From a bacterium (lineage in GTDB: Bacteria; Joyebacterota; Joyebacteria; Joyebacterales; Joyebacteraceae), in contig JALGZK010000010.1 in assembly GCA_025774935.1 (NCBI GenBank), positions 3,640 to 67,639 of the forward strand: 64,000 nucleotides of DNA, given 5' to 3'. The position numbers were made by a program, and so were the translations under genes. Within the stretch, counting starts at the first letter, position 1, and each line of letters begins with the position of its first letter. This document shows, piece by piece, positions 8,519-18,224 of this stretch. The notes under the pieces were generated by a model, which did no database searches, was not told the DNA's origin, and was given only the letters and a program-made list of their open reading frames with translations.

Positions 8519-9283
8519 CTAGAACTTGATGGCGAACCCGACCGTTGATCCGTCCGGCGTGAGTGCGGCGTAGAACCCGGACGGCTCAGCGCCGAGCTGG
8601 CTCACCGTGGGAGCCTCGCTGGTCGGCGGCGAGATCATGAAGGCGTCGACCACGTTGATCGCCCAGATTCCGATGGCCGCATACATCCAGACGTCGCGCT
8701 TCTGCTGCCAGTCCTCGGCGTCGCTGTATGTCGATTCCACCTCTTCCCACGCGAGCTCGATCTCCTCGATCTGGGTCGCGTCCAGGTAGTCGTCGTACGC
8801 CTCTTCGTACGTGTCCTTCGCGTCCACGTAGTTCGACTGCGTCCAGACGAGCCCGCCGAGCGCCACCGCCTCCGCGATGAAGAAGAAGGCTCCCTTCGCT
8901 GCCTGGTCGGCGTAGACCTGTCCCCATCCAGGGATGATGACCGAGCGGAATCCGGCCCCGGACGCGGTCTTCCGCGTGAGACGGATCTCGATCTCCTCCA
9001 CCGTGGTCGCCGACAGCACAGTGACCCCCGTCCACTCCTCGTACCCGGTCATGCGTGCTCGGATCTCGTACGTCCCGGAGAGACCGCGCTCGAGCCGCCA
9101 GGGAGTCACGCCCCGAAGGGCATGGTCTCCGAGGAGCTCGACCACGGCTCCCGAGGGAACCGAGGTGATGACTACGCCTCCCCCGGTCGCGTTCGCGGCC
9201 GGCTGCGCCGTGGAGTCCCCGACGAGGGGAAGCGCGAGCAGGAGGATCGCGAGGACTGGGAGACCCAGTGGTCTGAGAGACAT
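8519..9283 (-). CDS. PEGA-domain protein with DUF5683-like C-terminal region
   Basis: ORF 8519..9502; start at internal ATG (MSLRPLGLPVLAILLLALPLVG signal peptide) with AAGGAG about 6 nt upstream; PEGA-like VVITSVPSGAVVELLGDHALRGVTPW...GTYEIRARMTGYEEW, then IIPGWGQVYADQAAKGAFFF. Confidence 0.7.
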   Translation of the reverse strand: MSLRPLGLPVLAILLLALPLVGDSTAQPAANATGGGVVITSVPSGAVVELLGDHALRGVTPWRLERGLSGTYEIRARMTGYEEWTGVTVLSATTVEEIEIRLTRKTASGAGFRSVIIPGWGQVYADQAAKGAFFFIAEAVALGGLVWTQSNYVDAKDTYEEAYDDYLDATQIEEIELAWEEVESTYSDAEDWQQKRDVWMYAAIGIWAINVVDAFMISPPTSEAPTVSQLGAEPSGFYAALTPDGSTVGFAIKF

Positions 9284-9371
9284 GTGCGACTCCTTCTGGT
9301 CTGTCTGTCGGCCTCGTCCGCCGCTCTCGACCGGGACAACCGGCCAAAGGCGGGCCGCGGCGATTCTATGG

Positions 9372-10853
9372 TCACCCTTCGGTGCTGTCAAGGTCACCCG
9401 GACCGCGAGCGGCGCGCGGGCGGCTGTCGCTCGGGTCGAATCCCTCGGAACGCCCCGCTTCCCGCGGTTTTCTTCTTGCGAGTGACTTGAATCCTGTGAC
9501 ATCGATTTCGTATTTTCGAATGAGATCGTAGACGGTCGACCGGCTCACGCCGATCGAACGGGCCGCACGAGAGACGTTGCCGGCGGCCCGCCTGAGCGCG
9601 TCGACGACGATCTCGTGTTCCAGTGCGTCCTTCGCTTCACCGAGTGTCTGCGCGCGCCGTTCAGTCTCGGAGTCGAGCCCGAGGTCGGCCGCCGTGAGCC
9701 TGTGACCGGATGACATGACGACCGCGCGCTTGACCCGGTTCTCCAGCTCGGGGATGTTCCCGGGCCACTCGTGCGCCATCATCGCCCGCACCGCCGACCG
9801 GGTGAACCCCGACAACCTCCGCCCGTGCTCGGAGGCGCAGCGCTCGAGGAGGTCCTCCGCGAGAAGGGCGATGTCCTCGCCCCGCTCTCTGAGCGGGGGC
9901 AGCGTGACCGTCACCACGCTCAACTGATAGTAGAGGTCCTCCCGGAACCCGCCTTCCGCGACGACCTCTTCCAGATCGTCATCGGCGGCAGCTATGATCC
10001 TGACGTCCGCCTTGATCGGATCGTGCGGGCCTTTCCGCTCGATCTCTCCCGACTGAAGGAACGCGGAGAGCCGAGCCTGAAGATGCTGCGACAGCTCGTC
10101 GACTCCTACGACGAACAGCGTCCCGCCGTCGGCCTGTTCGATTCGGCCCGGCATCTTCTCCGCGCCGTTGAACGTCCCGTTCCCGTTGCCGTTTCCGAAG
10201 ACCTCGGCCTCGAGGTACTCGGACGGCGTCGCGCGCAGGTCGACAGCGACGAAGGGCCCTCGCGAGCGGCGACTCAGGTGGTGGATTCCTCGGGCGATGA
10301 GCTCCCTTCCGGTTCCTCGTTCGCCCACGAGAAGCACGCCGACTTCGGTCGCGGCGACCTTCCTGGCGGAGGAGAACACGTCCTGCATGGCCTCACAGGT
10401 CCCCGCCAGGCTGTCGAGGCGCTCGACGCCCGAGAGACGGTCCGGAACGGCGTCCGCGGCCGCCTCCAGCTCCTGGATCCTGAGCGCGCGCTTCACGAGG
10501 ACCCCGAACTCGTCGATGTCGAAGGGCTTCACGCAACAGTCGCACGCTCCGAGCTCGATGGCGCGGACGGCGAGGTCGCGGTCCCCGCTCGGGGCGACCA
10601 CGATGATCTTGAGCCTGAGCCTGGCCTTCCGCGCCAGCCGGAGGAGCTCGAGCTCCTCGCCGGAGCCCTCTTCGCCGCGCTCCAGCGTGCCGTCGAGCGT
10701 CATCACGTCCGGGCGGAACCGGCGGACGGCCTCGATGGCACCGGCGATCGTGTCGGAGGCGCACACGTCGTAGTCGCGCGCGAGACCTTCCCGGAGCAGC
10801 CTCCGGGTGACCTCGTCGCCTTCCACGATCAGGACTCTCTTGCGCTCGGACAC
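9372..10853 (-). CDS. prsR: Sigma-54-dependent response regulator (NtrC/AtoC family; PrsR-like PEP-CTERM-box regulator)
   Basis: 493 aa, GTG start with GGAGG upstream; receiver domain (VLIVEGDE...DVMTLDG), AAA+ sigma-54 interaction domain (LLVGERGTGRELIARGIH, GAFxGA-like FNGAEKMPG, EWPGNIPELEN), C-terminal Fis-type HTH (GNVSRAARSIGVSRSTVYDLIRK). Confidence 0.85.
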   Translation of the reverse strand: MSERKRVLIVEGDEVTRRLLREGLARDYDVCASDTIAGAIEAVRRFRPDVMTLDGTLERGEEGSGEELELLRLARKARLRLKIIVVAPSGDRDLAVRAIELGACDCCVKPFDIDEFGVLVKRALRIQELEAAADAVPDRLSGVERLDSLAGTCEAMQDVFSSARKVAATEVGVLLVGERGTGRELIARGIHHLSRRSRGPFVAVDLRATPSEYLEAEVFGNGNGNGTFNGAEKMPGRIEQADGGTLFVVGVDELSQHLQARLSAFLQSGEIERKGPHDPIKADVRIIAAADDDLEEVVAEGGFREDLYYQLSVVTVTLPPLRERGEDIALLAEDLLERCASEHGRRLSGFTRSAVRAMMAHEWPGNIPELENRVKRAVVMSSGHRLTAADLGLDSETERRAQTLGEAKDALEHEIVVDALRRAAGNVSRAARSIGVSRSTVYDLIRKYEIDVTGFKSLARRKPREAGRSEGFDPSDSRPRAARGPGDLDSTEG

Positions 10854-10956
10854 GATCCTCGGTTCCTCCAGCTACGGACCGGGCGTCGGGCGGGTCTTCC
10901 GCCCCGCGGCGCCCACACGACCCCTCCGGCTTCCCTGCGGTGCCCTGCCGGTGCTC

Positions 10957-12486
10957 CTACTCGGGCAGGGCCTCCAGCTGCCGGGCCGCCTCTTCCGCCC
11001 ACGGCTCTCCGGCGTACGTGCTCGCGATGTCCTCGAGCACCTCGCGCGCACTGGCGAAGTCCTCGAGCTGCCTCGTGTACAGATCGGCGGCCTGCAGCTT
11101 CATGATCGGCGCGTCCTCCGAGTCGGGCAGAAGCTCCGACGTCTCTAGGAGGATCCGCGCCGCCGCCTCCCACTTCTCCTGTCGGATCCGCGCGTCGACG
11201 AGGTACCCGCGGGCGGCAATCTCGGCCGACGTCCCGGCGTACTCCCTGATCACGCGCGTGTACTGCTCCACGGCCCGCTCGAGCGTGCTGGCCCCGACCT
11301 CCTCGTCACCGCTCTGGACGTACCGGTCGGACACGTGGATGAGTGCGCGGAGGCCGTACAGCGTGGTCGGGTACTCGCGCGCGAGAACGCTGTACTGCGC
11401 CGCCGCGCGATCCCAGTTCCCGGTCGCCTCGAAGCTCATCGCCAGGTACTGCATCGCCGTGGCGCTCACGACCTGCTCGGTCGTAAACTCGTCGATGACT
11501 CGTGAGAGGCGCCGCCGCGCGTCGTCGTGGCGCCCCGCGGCGAGGTCCTGTCTCGCGAGCGAGACGGCCGCCGTCGCGCCCGACACGTCGTCCCCGTACT
11601 CGCTCTCGACCCTCTCGTAGTACTCGCGCGCGAGACCGTTGCGCCCGAGTCTCGTCTCGTAGATCTCGGCCAGTCCGAGCCAGAGGGGCGCGCGGTTCTC
11701 GGGCGTTCCGAAGTCGCGGTCGAGCTCCTCGTACACCCTGGCCGCTTCCTCCCAGCGGTCCTCGAGCCCGTAGCTCTCCGCCGTGAGCGACGTCGCGAGC
11801 TCCGCGGTGGGCGATTCCGGCCACTCCGCGATCCAACGGGCGTAGTACTCCCTGGCACGGTCGGACCACGCCGCCGCCTCGGCCGCATCTCCCCGAGCGC
11901 GGTAGACCGCCGCGACCGACAGGGGCGCGCGGAGGATCCGCGTGTCGGGACTCGACTCCGGGTCGCGGGCGGGCTGCCAGTCCTCAATGAGCCCCGCGTA
12001 GACCGCCACGGCCTCGGGCCACCTGTCCTCGCGCCGCTCGACGGCGCCGAGCGCGAGCGTCGCATCGATCGCAAGGCCCCTCTCGAGCGCGTAGCTGTCT
12101 CGCACGGACGAGTAGAGGCGCCGCGCCTCGTCGAAGTCCCCGCGGTCCATCGCGAGCTGCCCGAGCGCGAGCCTGCTGTGCCCGGAGATGCGGGCGATCT
12201 GCCTGGCGACCTCGGAGACGCCCTCCGAATCCCCCTCGGGTGGCGGGAACGCCCGCGTGATGTTCCGGTACTCGTCCTCGACGCGGGCGCGCATCTCGTC
12301 GGTGTTCATACCGGGGTTGACGCTCACCGCGCGCATGAGGCTGCTCGCGCGCCAGGCCATTCTCTCGGCCTCGTACCTGTCCCTGATCTCCCTCGATGAT
12401 TCGCATCCGACGCACACGGCCACGACCACGATCAGGAGGACCGCCGCGAGCCGCCTTGCTGCGCGAGTGTCTCTCAGTGTCATCAT
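10957..12486 (-). CDS. TPR-repeat lipoprotein (PrsT-like)
   Basis: ORF 10957..13209; start at ATGATG 12481-12486 (MMTLRDTRAARRLAAVLLIVVVAVCVGC, lipobox) with GGAGGG upstream; TPR-like helical repeats throughout. The longer N-terminal extension in the track is Arg-rich and rejected. Confidence 0.75.
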   Translation of the reverse strand: MMTLRDTRAARRLAAVLLIVVVAVCVGCESSREIRDRYEAERMAWRASSLMRAVSVNPGMNTDEMRARVEDEYRNITRAFPPPEGDSEGVSEVARQIARISGHSRLALGQLAMDRGDFDEARRLYSSVRDSYALERGLAIDATLALGAVERREDRWPEAVAVYAGLIEDWQPARDPESSPDTRILRAPLSVAAVYRARGDAAEAAAWSDRAREYYARWIAEWPESPTAELATSLTAESYGLEDRWEEAARVYEELDRDFGTPENRAPLWLGLAEIYETRLGRNGLAREYYERVESEYGDDVSGATAAVSLARQDLAAGRHDDARRRLSRVIDEFTTEQVVSATAMQYLAMSFEATGNWDRAAAQYSVLAREYPTTLYGLRALIHVSDRYVQSGDEEVGASTLERAVEQYTRVIREYAGTSAEIAARGYLVDARIRQEKWEAAARILLETSELLPDSEDAPIMKLQAADLYTRQLEDFASAREVLEDIASTYAGEPWAEEAARQLEALPE

Positions 12487-13367
12487 GGCCGTCCCTCCCC
12501 TCCGGCGCCGGGAACGGCTGCGCCCGGCGCTTCGTCCTGCGTCAGGTGGAGGAAGAGCCGCGTGATGCCGCCGAGCGTCACGTAGGTCGCGAAGAAGAGG
12601 ACGACGACCCAGATCACCATGAGGAGCGGCACGAGCACCGGGGAGAACGTGTGCGCGATCGTGGCGCTCTGCCTCCACAGCCAGAGCGGCAGGATCTCGA
12701 GCGCGGCCGGCATGGCCACGAGCAGGAACGTGGCGACCGGGGTCCTCCCGAAGAGCACCAGGCTGCCTCCGACCGCCGCGCGCACGCTCCTTCCCGCGAG
12801 CACGATGTAGGGTGCCGTGTAGACGAGGACGGCCTGGACGAAGAGGACGACGAGGATCGTCGATCCCCTCACCACCCGGAACGTCCTCGGGCTCTCCTCC
12901 GCGAGATACCCGAAGAACGCGTAGGACGTCCTCGTCACGATCTGAGCGAGACCGACGGCGATCACCGCCGCGACCACGAGCGACCAGTACCTCGACGACG
13001 CCCGGCTCCACGCCTCCCCGAACCCCACCCGCCTCCGCTGATAGAAGGTGCCGAAGAGCACGATCCCCGTCGCCGCGGTCACCGCTCCCAGGAAGACGGC
13101 CAGGAACGGGTCGAGCTCGCCCAGCCCGGCCCTGAGCACGAGGAAGTTGTTCGGGTAGTGCAGCACGGACTCCCCGAACCGCCACCTCAGGAGCGGCACC
13201 ATGAACCACGAGACGACCGGGTACGCGAACCCGCCGATCGCGGCCAGGATCGCGGCCTGCCCCGCGGCGTAGATGGCGAACGGGAGGAGCGCCACGCGCC
13301 GCGAAAACGCCCTGAACGTCTCCACCCAGCCCCAGATGAGAGCATTGATCTGATCGATGAGGCCCAT
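12483..13367 (-). CDS. Uncharacterised polytopic membrane protein embedded in the exosortase operon
   Basis: 294 aa with about 7-8 hydrophobic helices; stop TGA overlaps the TPR-lipoprotein ATG (ATGA); no recognisable family motif. Confidence 0.65.
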   Translation of the reverse strand: MGLIDQINALIWGWVETFRAFSRRVALLPFAIYAAGQAAILAAIGGFAYPVVSWFMVPLLRWRFGESVLHYPNNFLVLRAGLGELDPFLAVFLGAVTAATGIVLFGTFYQRRRVGFGEAWSRASSRYWSLVVAAVIAVGLAQIVTRTSYAFFGYLAEESPRTFRVVRGSTILVVLFVQAVLVYTAPYIVLAGRSVRAAVGGSLVLFGRTPVATFLLVAMPAALEILPLWLWRQSATIAHTFSPVLVPLLMVIWVVVLFFATYVTLGGITRLFLHLTQDEAPGAAVPGAGGEGRP

Positions 13368-13463
13368 CAGAGTCCTTTCGAGAATCCCCTACGACGCGGC
13401 CCGCCCGGCGTCACGCCGCAGGCGGTCCCGCCGGTTCCCGGCGGTTCACGGCGCCCGGCCCCG

Positions 13464-14108
13464 TCAGCCCTCCCCGGCGAACACGAAGAGCTCCGGAAGG
13501 CGCACGAGCGCGGCCTCCGAGAAGTCCTTCAGCACCTCCATGGCGCCGTCGAAGTCACCGTCCCTCACGACGGTCGACACTCTAACGAACGCTCCGTAGG
13601 TCACGTTCGACACGATCCCCGACGCTGCCATCCGCGTCATGAACTTGTCGCGGTCGGCCGTCGCCAGATCCCCCGCCGTGTACCACCAGTAGACCGCGAG
13701 CCGGCGGACGCCCTGCTGCTCGACGAGCACCCAGTTGGCGTCGAAGCCGCCGTCTTTCCTCCAGAGGGGCTCGAGCCCCGAGTCGACGTCCGTCCATCCC
13801 TGGGACCGGTAGCATACGAGCGGCTCGTGCGCGCCGTACCGGTCGTTCTGATGGAAGATGATGACGAACCATATCCAGTCGCCCACGTCGTTCGTGTACC
13901 GCCGCGCCAGCGTGTCCGTCGCCTCGAGTTCCTCGTAGACGACGTCTTCGAACGACAGATCGACGCTGCGCCATCCTCCGAGCTGCGCCGGGAACGCTCC
14001 GAGCGAGCCCGCCTCGAGCTCCATCCTGTCGGGCGGGTTCAGGTGCACGTAGAAGGCGCCCGCCCCGAGGAGCGCGACCACGACGATCGTTCCGAATGAG
14101 GTCCTCAC
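13464..14108 (-). CDS. epsI: EpsI-family exosortase-associated protein
   Basis: 214 aa; N-terminal membrane anchor (IVVVALLGAGAFYV) then periplasmic domain; immediately downstream of exosortase with ATGA start/stop overlap at 14105-14108. Confidence 0.7.
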   Translation of the reverse strand: MRTSFGTIVVVALLGAGAFYVHLNPPDRMELEAGSLGAFPAQLGGWRSVDLSFEDVVYEELEATDTLARRYTNDVGDWIWFVIIFHQNDRYGAHEPLVCYRSQGWTDVDSGLEPLWRKDGGFDANWVLVEQQGVRRLAVYWWYTAGDLATADRDKFMTRMAASGIVSNVTYGAFVRVSTVVRDGDFDGAMEVLKDFSEAALVRLPELFVFAGEG

Positions 14109-15043
14109 GCGCCCCTCCCCTCAGGGGCGGTCTCTTCCCCCTCGCACGTCTCACATCTCAGGAGCTTCCGCACCACCACGAGTCCGACGAACGCGAACAT
14201 GAACAGCAGGAACCCTGAGAAGTCGTGGAAGAACCCGAGCGCGGCGTCGATGCCCCAGACGTGGGCGACGAGACAGAGCGCGGTGATCCTGAGCATGTTC
14301 CCGGCGATCGCGAGCGGCACGCTGACCGCGACGATGACGAGCCGCTTCCACGCGGCGCCCGCCGTCAGATACGCGAAGAGCGTTCCGAGGGCCACGAGCG
14401 CGATGAGCGACCTGAGCCCGCTGCAGGGGTCCGCGATCCGAAGCGACCCGGCCGGGACGTGGATCGTCATGCCCGAGCGGACGAGTGGCACGCCGAGCTT
14501 CGCGGCGAGTGCACTCCCTGAGCGCGCCGCGAAGACCTTGAGGTTGAAACTCAGCACGTTCATGAGGAACGGCGGCCACGGCAGCATGAACACGAGGAAC
14601 GCGAGCGGGAACCAGATCACCCTCGTCGCCCGACCCCCGAAGAAGAAGAGCGACAGGCCGAAGAGCATGAGGACGAACGAGTAGCCCTGCGTCATGAAGA
14701 TGCCCGCACGGATCGACACCACGTTCCCTACGAGCGCGAGAGCGATGATCGCGATGCCCCAAGCCGTCCCCGCCCTCACCGCATCCACGAACCTCTTCCG
14801 CTCGCGCCACAGGAGGAAGAGGACGATCGGCGGGATCAGGAACCCGTGCGAGTAGTTCGGCGAGGACATCCAGGTCCGCCAGAGCGTCGGGAAGACCGGG
14901 TAGTACACGATCGCAACGAGGACGGCCGCCACCGCGAAGCGCGCGAGCTGCCGCGCGGCGAGCGTCCCCCGAGGGGTCGCGCCCCCGCTACCGGTCGCGT
15001 TCCGGAGCTCCGCCCCGTCTCGTCTGTCGTTCCCGGTCGTCAA
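14105..15043 (-). CDS. xrtA: Exosortase (XrtA/EpsH family)
   Basis: ORF 14105..15388; polytopic membrane protein with exosortase-like motifs (ADPCSGLRSL, GNMLRITALCLV). Start assigned to TTG 15041-15043 with GGAGG about 5 nt upstream, overlapping the upstream TGA (TTGA); the Arg-rich 115 codons before it are rejected. Confidence 0.8.
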   Translation of the reverse strand: MTTGNDRRDGAELRNATGSGGATPRGTLAARQLARFAVAAVLVAIVYYPVFPTLWRTWMSSPNYSHGFLIPPIVLFLLWRERKRFVDAVRAGTAWGIAIIALALVGNVVSIRAGIFMTQGYSFVLMLFGLSLFFFGGRATRVIWFPLAFLVFMLPWPPFLMNVLSFNLKVFAARSGSALAAKLGVPLVRSGMTIHVPAGSLRIADPCSGLRSLIALVALGTLFAYLTAGAAWKRLVIVAVSVPLAIAGNMLRITALCLVAHVWGIDAALGFFHDFSGFLLFMFAFVGLVVVRKLLRCETCEGEETAPEGRGA

Positions 15044-16896
15044 CGCTGCTCCTCCGTGCTCAGGCGGGGCCCGCTCTCCTCCCCTCGGGACCTCCTGAGG
15101 GCTCCGAACGTCCCCAGGAGGATCCTGAGATCGAGGAGGAGCGAGCAGTTCTCGACGTAGAACCTGTCGAGCCTGACCTTCTCCTCGAGGTCGATCTCGT
15201 CCCTCCCATTGATCTGCGCCCAGCCGGTGAGGCCGGGCCGGACCAGGTCGACCCCGACCTGGCGCCTGAGTTCGATCAGCTCGTACTGGTTGTAGAGGGC
15301 GGGCCGCGGCCCGACCACGCTCATCTCGCCGCGGAGCACGTTCACGAGGTTCGGGTACTCGTCGGCGCTCGTCCTCCTCAGGAACCACCCGAACTTCGTC
15401 ACGCAGCCGTCCTTCATCTGGCTGTGGTTCATCAGGTCTGTCGCGAGATCCGGCGTCTCGCGGTGCATCGTTCGGAGCTTCAGGATCGTGAACTCCTGTG
15501 AGTAGACGCCGATCCGCCTCTGCGTGAAGTGCGCGTGCCCCGGCGAGTCGAGCCTGACGGCGATCGCCAGGAGCGCGTGGAGGGGCGCTCCCACGATCAG
15601 GATGCCGAATGCCGTGAGGACGTCTAGCAAGTACTTGACCCCGAGGTAGTAGCGGAACTTGAGGTGGCTTCCGCAGAGCGCGCGCTCTGATGCGAGGATC
15701 TCCTCGAGAAGCTCCTCGAGCTTGCCGGCGAGGGCGGTCCTCGAGTACGCGTCCTCGACGAAGACCCGACCGCTCCTCCCGAGCGTGTGGCGCATCTCGG
15801 CGTCACCAAGGAGCGTCTTCACGGCCTCGGCGAGGCCTCGCCCGTCACCCGGCTTCGTCACGATGCCGCTGCCGGCACGTTCGACGATCTCCCGCGCGTC
15901 GCCCTCCACCGCGGCGACTACTGGCTTCCCGCACGCCATGTAGTCGAAGAGCTTCACCGGGATCGTGCTCGCCGAGAACTCCCCGCTCCTCGTCGTCGCG
16001 AGGCAGAGAGCTGAGCGGTGCACGAGCTCGCTGAGCTCGTCCGGCTGCTTGCTCGGAAGGAACTCGACGTTCCTGAGACCCCGCCCGTCGACCTGGCGGA
16101 CGAGGTCCTGCTTCGCGACGCCGTCGCCCACCAGGACGAACCTCGCGTCGCTCTCGTCCCTCAGGATCTCGGCGGCTTCGAGGATCACGTCCATCCCGTG
16201 AACGAGCCCGTGCGTCCCCGAGTAGATGACCGTCCGGCCGTCTCCGCCGTTGCCAGCGGGTCCTCCGGCGGCCGGAGCGAAAAGCTCCGTGTCCGCCCCG
16301 TTCGTGATGAGCGAGATCCTGTGCCGCGGGATGCCACGCTCGAGCATCAGTCGCTCCATACCGGGCGTGACGGCCACGAGCCTCGCTGCCCGGCGGTAGA
16401 GGAACTGCTCGAGGCTCTCCGCGGCGCGGATGGCCCGCCGGCTCCTCAGCTCGCCGAGCTCGACGGCCGCGTGTGGCCAGTAGTCCCTGAGATCGAGCAC
16501 GAACGGGACGCCACGGACGAGTCCGAGGAACCACGCCGTCAGTCCGAGGAAGAGCGGCGGAGAACTCACGAGGACCAGATCGCACTTCCCCGCGGCGCAC
16601 CCGCCGACCGCGGCGGTGATCATGAACGAGAGCTGGTTCGCAACGCGGGTGAAGAACGTCTTCCTGGGCGTCGCGAAGAGGTAGCACCTCAGGATGCGGA
16701 CGCCGTCTACCTCCTCGCGGCAAGCGAGCTTCCTCCGGTAGCGGGGCTGCTTCACGCCGCTCGGGTGGTTGGGCATGCCCGTCACGACCGTCACGGCGTG
16801 GCCCCGCTTCGCGAGATTCGTCGCGAAGTGATAGGCCCGAAGCGGCGCCGCGCCGGTCTCCGGCGGGTAGTACTGTGTCAGGAAGAGGATCCTCAT
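15040..16896 (-). CDS. Bifunctional GT4 glycosyltransferase / PglC-like phosphoglycosyltransferase (Bac_transf) fusion
   Basis: 618 aa; N-terminal GT4 ([35 protein letters not shown]...), C-terminal ~190 aa sugar-transferase domain (KYLLDVLTAFGILIVGAPL...SVVGPRPALYNQYELI...RPGLTGWAQINGR). Confidence 0.85.
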   Translation of the reverse strand: MRILFLTQYYPPETGAAPLRAYHFATNLAKRGHAVTVVTGMPNHPSGVKQPRYRRKLACREEVDGVRILRCYLFATPRKTFFTRVANQLSFMITAAVGGCAAGKCDLVLVSSPPLFLGLTAWFLGLVRGVPFVLDLRDYWPHAAVELGELRSRRAIRAAESLEQFLYRRAARLVAVTPGMERLMLERGIPRHRISLITNGADTELFAPAAGGPAGNGGDGRTVIYSGTHGLVHGMDVILEAAEILRDESDARFVLVGDGVAKQDLVRQVDGRGLRNVEFLPSKQPDELSELVHRSALCLATTRSGEFSASTIPVKLFDYMACGKPVVAAVEGDAREIVERAGSGIVTKPGDGRGLAEAVKTLLGDAEMRHTLGRSGRVFVEDAYSRTALAGKLEELLEEILASERALCGSHLKFRYYLGVKYLLDVLTAFGILIVGAPLHALLAIAVRLDSPGHAHFTQRRIGVYSQEFTILKLRTMHRETPDLATDLMNHSQMKDGCVTKFGWFLRRTSADEYPNLVNVLRGEMSVVGPRPALYNQYELIELRRQVGVDLVRPGLTGWAQINGRDEIDLEEKVRLDRFYVENCSLLLDLRILLGTFGALRRSRGEESGPRLSTEEQR

Positions 16897-18155
16897 GGCT
16901 TCCTTCCGGCCTCTCCTGCCTGCCCAAGCCTCAGTTCCGATGACGTCCGATCCGCGCCCGTGCGGGATCCGCCCGCCGCGCGCAGGAGCGCCGCGAACGT
17001 GTCCTCGACCTTAGTCACGACTGCGGCGATGTCGTGACTCTCGCGCGCGAGCGTCCGGCCGCGCTCACCCATAGAGCACGCGCGCGCGGGGTCGCTCAGG
17101 ATCTCGAGGAGCGCCCTGCCCATCGCGGGACCGTCGCCCGCCGGGACCAGGAGGCCCGACGAGCCGCGCTCGACCACCTCGGGCACCCCGCCGACGTCCG
17201 TCGCCACGACCGGAAGGCCCGCGGCCATCGCCTCCATCAGGACGTTCGGCGTGCCCTCGGAGGTCGACGAGAGCGCGAAGGCGTCCATGAGCCCGAGCAC
17301 CCGGGGCACGTCCTCCCGGACGCCCGCGAAGATCACGGCGTCCGCGATCCCGAGCTCGTCGGCAACGCGGCCGAGTTCCTGTCTCCTCGCGCCGTCGCCG
17401 ACTATGAGGAAGCGCGCGTCCGGCAACGACCTCGCGACCACCGCCGCCGCCGCGAGGAAGTGCTCGTGTCCCTTTACGTCCGAGAGTTTGCCGACGATCC
17501 CGACCACGGGGTGCCCGTCCGTGCCCAGCTCCCGCGCGAGGTTCCCGTCCCGGAGGACGTGCCGGCTTCCGGCTCCGCCCTCCGTGTCGCCGGGTGCATC
17601 CACCGCCGCTCCCCTGACCGCGCTCCCGACCGAGTAGGGCGTCAGGTCTATGCCGACGCCCACGTTGACGATCTTCCGTTCCGGGACGCGGAACCGCTCG
17701 ACGAGCTCCCTGGCCGCCGCCGCGCTGTTCACGAGGACCGCGTCGACGACCCGACGGTTCGCGTACCCGTAGACCTTCTCCTTCGTTCCGCCCGTGAGCC
17801 AGTACGAGAGGTTCCTCTGGTTGTTCACGACGACCGGCACCCGAGCGGCGCGTCCGACGAACGGCCCGACGATGGTCGTGAGGCCGAGCATGCATGAGAG
17901 AATCTCCACCCGCTCGCGCCTCAGGAACGACGCCGCCCGCGGAAGACCGCGGACGGTCCCCGCCGAGAGAGCGCTCGCCCCGGTCCCGAACTCGTGGACC
18001 GGGACTCCCAAGGACTCGATCACCGGGAGCAGCTCGCCGCGCTTCGCCGTCGACATGACGACCGGGTCGAAGCGCTCCCGGTCGATTCTCGAGAGGAGCT
18101 CGACGAGGAAGCGCTGCGTGCCGGCCCGCTCGAACGACCCGGCCCAGAACGCCAC
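16893..18155 (-). CDS. GT4 family glycosyltransferase
   Basis: 420 aa, GTG start; GT4 C-terminal motifs ([36 protein letters not shown]); stop overlaps the downstream ATG (ATGA). Confidence 0.85.
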   Translation of the reverse strand: MAFWAGSFERAGTQRFLVELLSRIDRERFDPVVMSTAKRGELLPVIESLGVPVHEFGTGASALSAGTVRGLPRAASFLRRERVEILSCMLGLTTIVGPFVGRAARVPVVVNNQRNLSYWLTGGTKEKVYGYANRRVVDAVLVNSAAAARELVERFRVPERKIVNVGVGIDLTPYSVGSAVRGAAVDAPGDTEGGAGSRHVLRDGNLARELGTDGHPVVGIVGKLSDVKGHEHFLAAAAVVARSLPDARFLIVGDGARRQELGRVADELGIADAVIFAGVREDVPRVLGLMDAFALSSTSEGTPNVLMEAMAAGLPVVATDVGGVPEVVERGSSGLLVPAGDGPAMGRALLEILSDPARACSMGERGRTLARESHDIAAVVTKVEDTFAALLRAAGGSRTGADRTSSELRLGQAGEAGRKP

Positions 18156-18224
18156 CTTGATGGGTCCGCCCCTCGCTTCTCTGACGGTCCTTCCCAGAAT
18201 CGACCTCCGCGTGCTCGGCGTCCG

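Noticed and set aside
12487-13209. N-terminal extension of the TPR-lipoprotein ORF
   Set aside because: Low-complexity Arg/Gly-rich and overlapping the convincing membrane-protein gene; the lipoprotein signal peptide and Shine-Dalgarno site are at the internal ATG.
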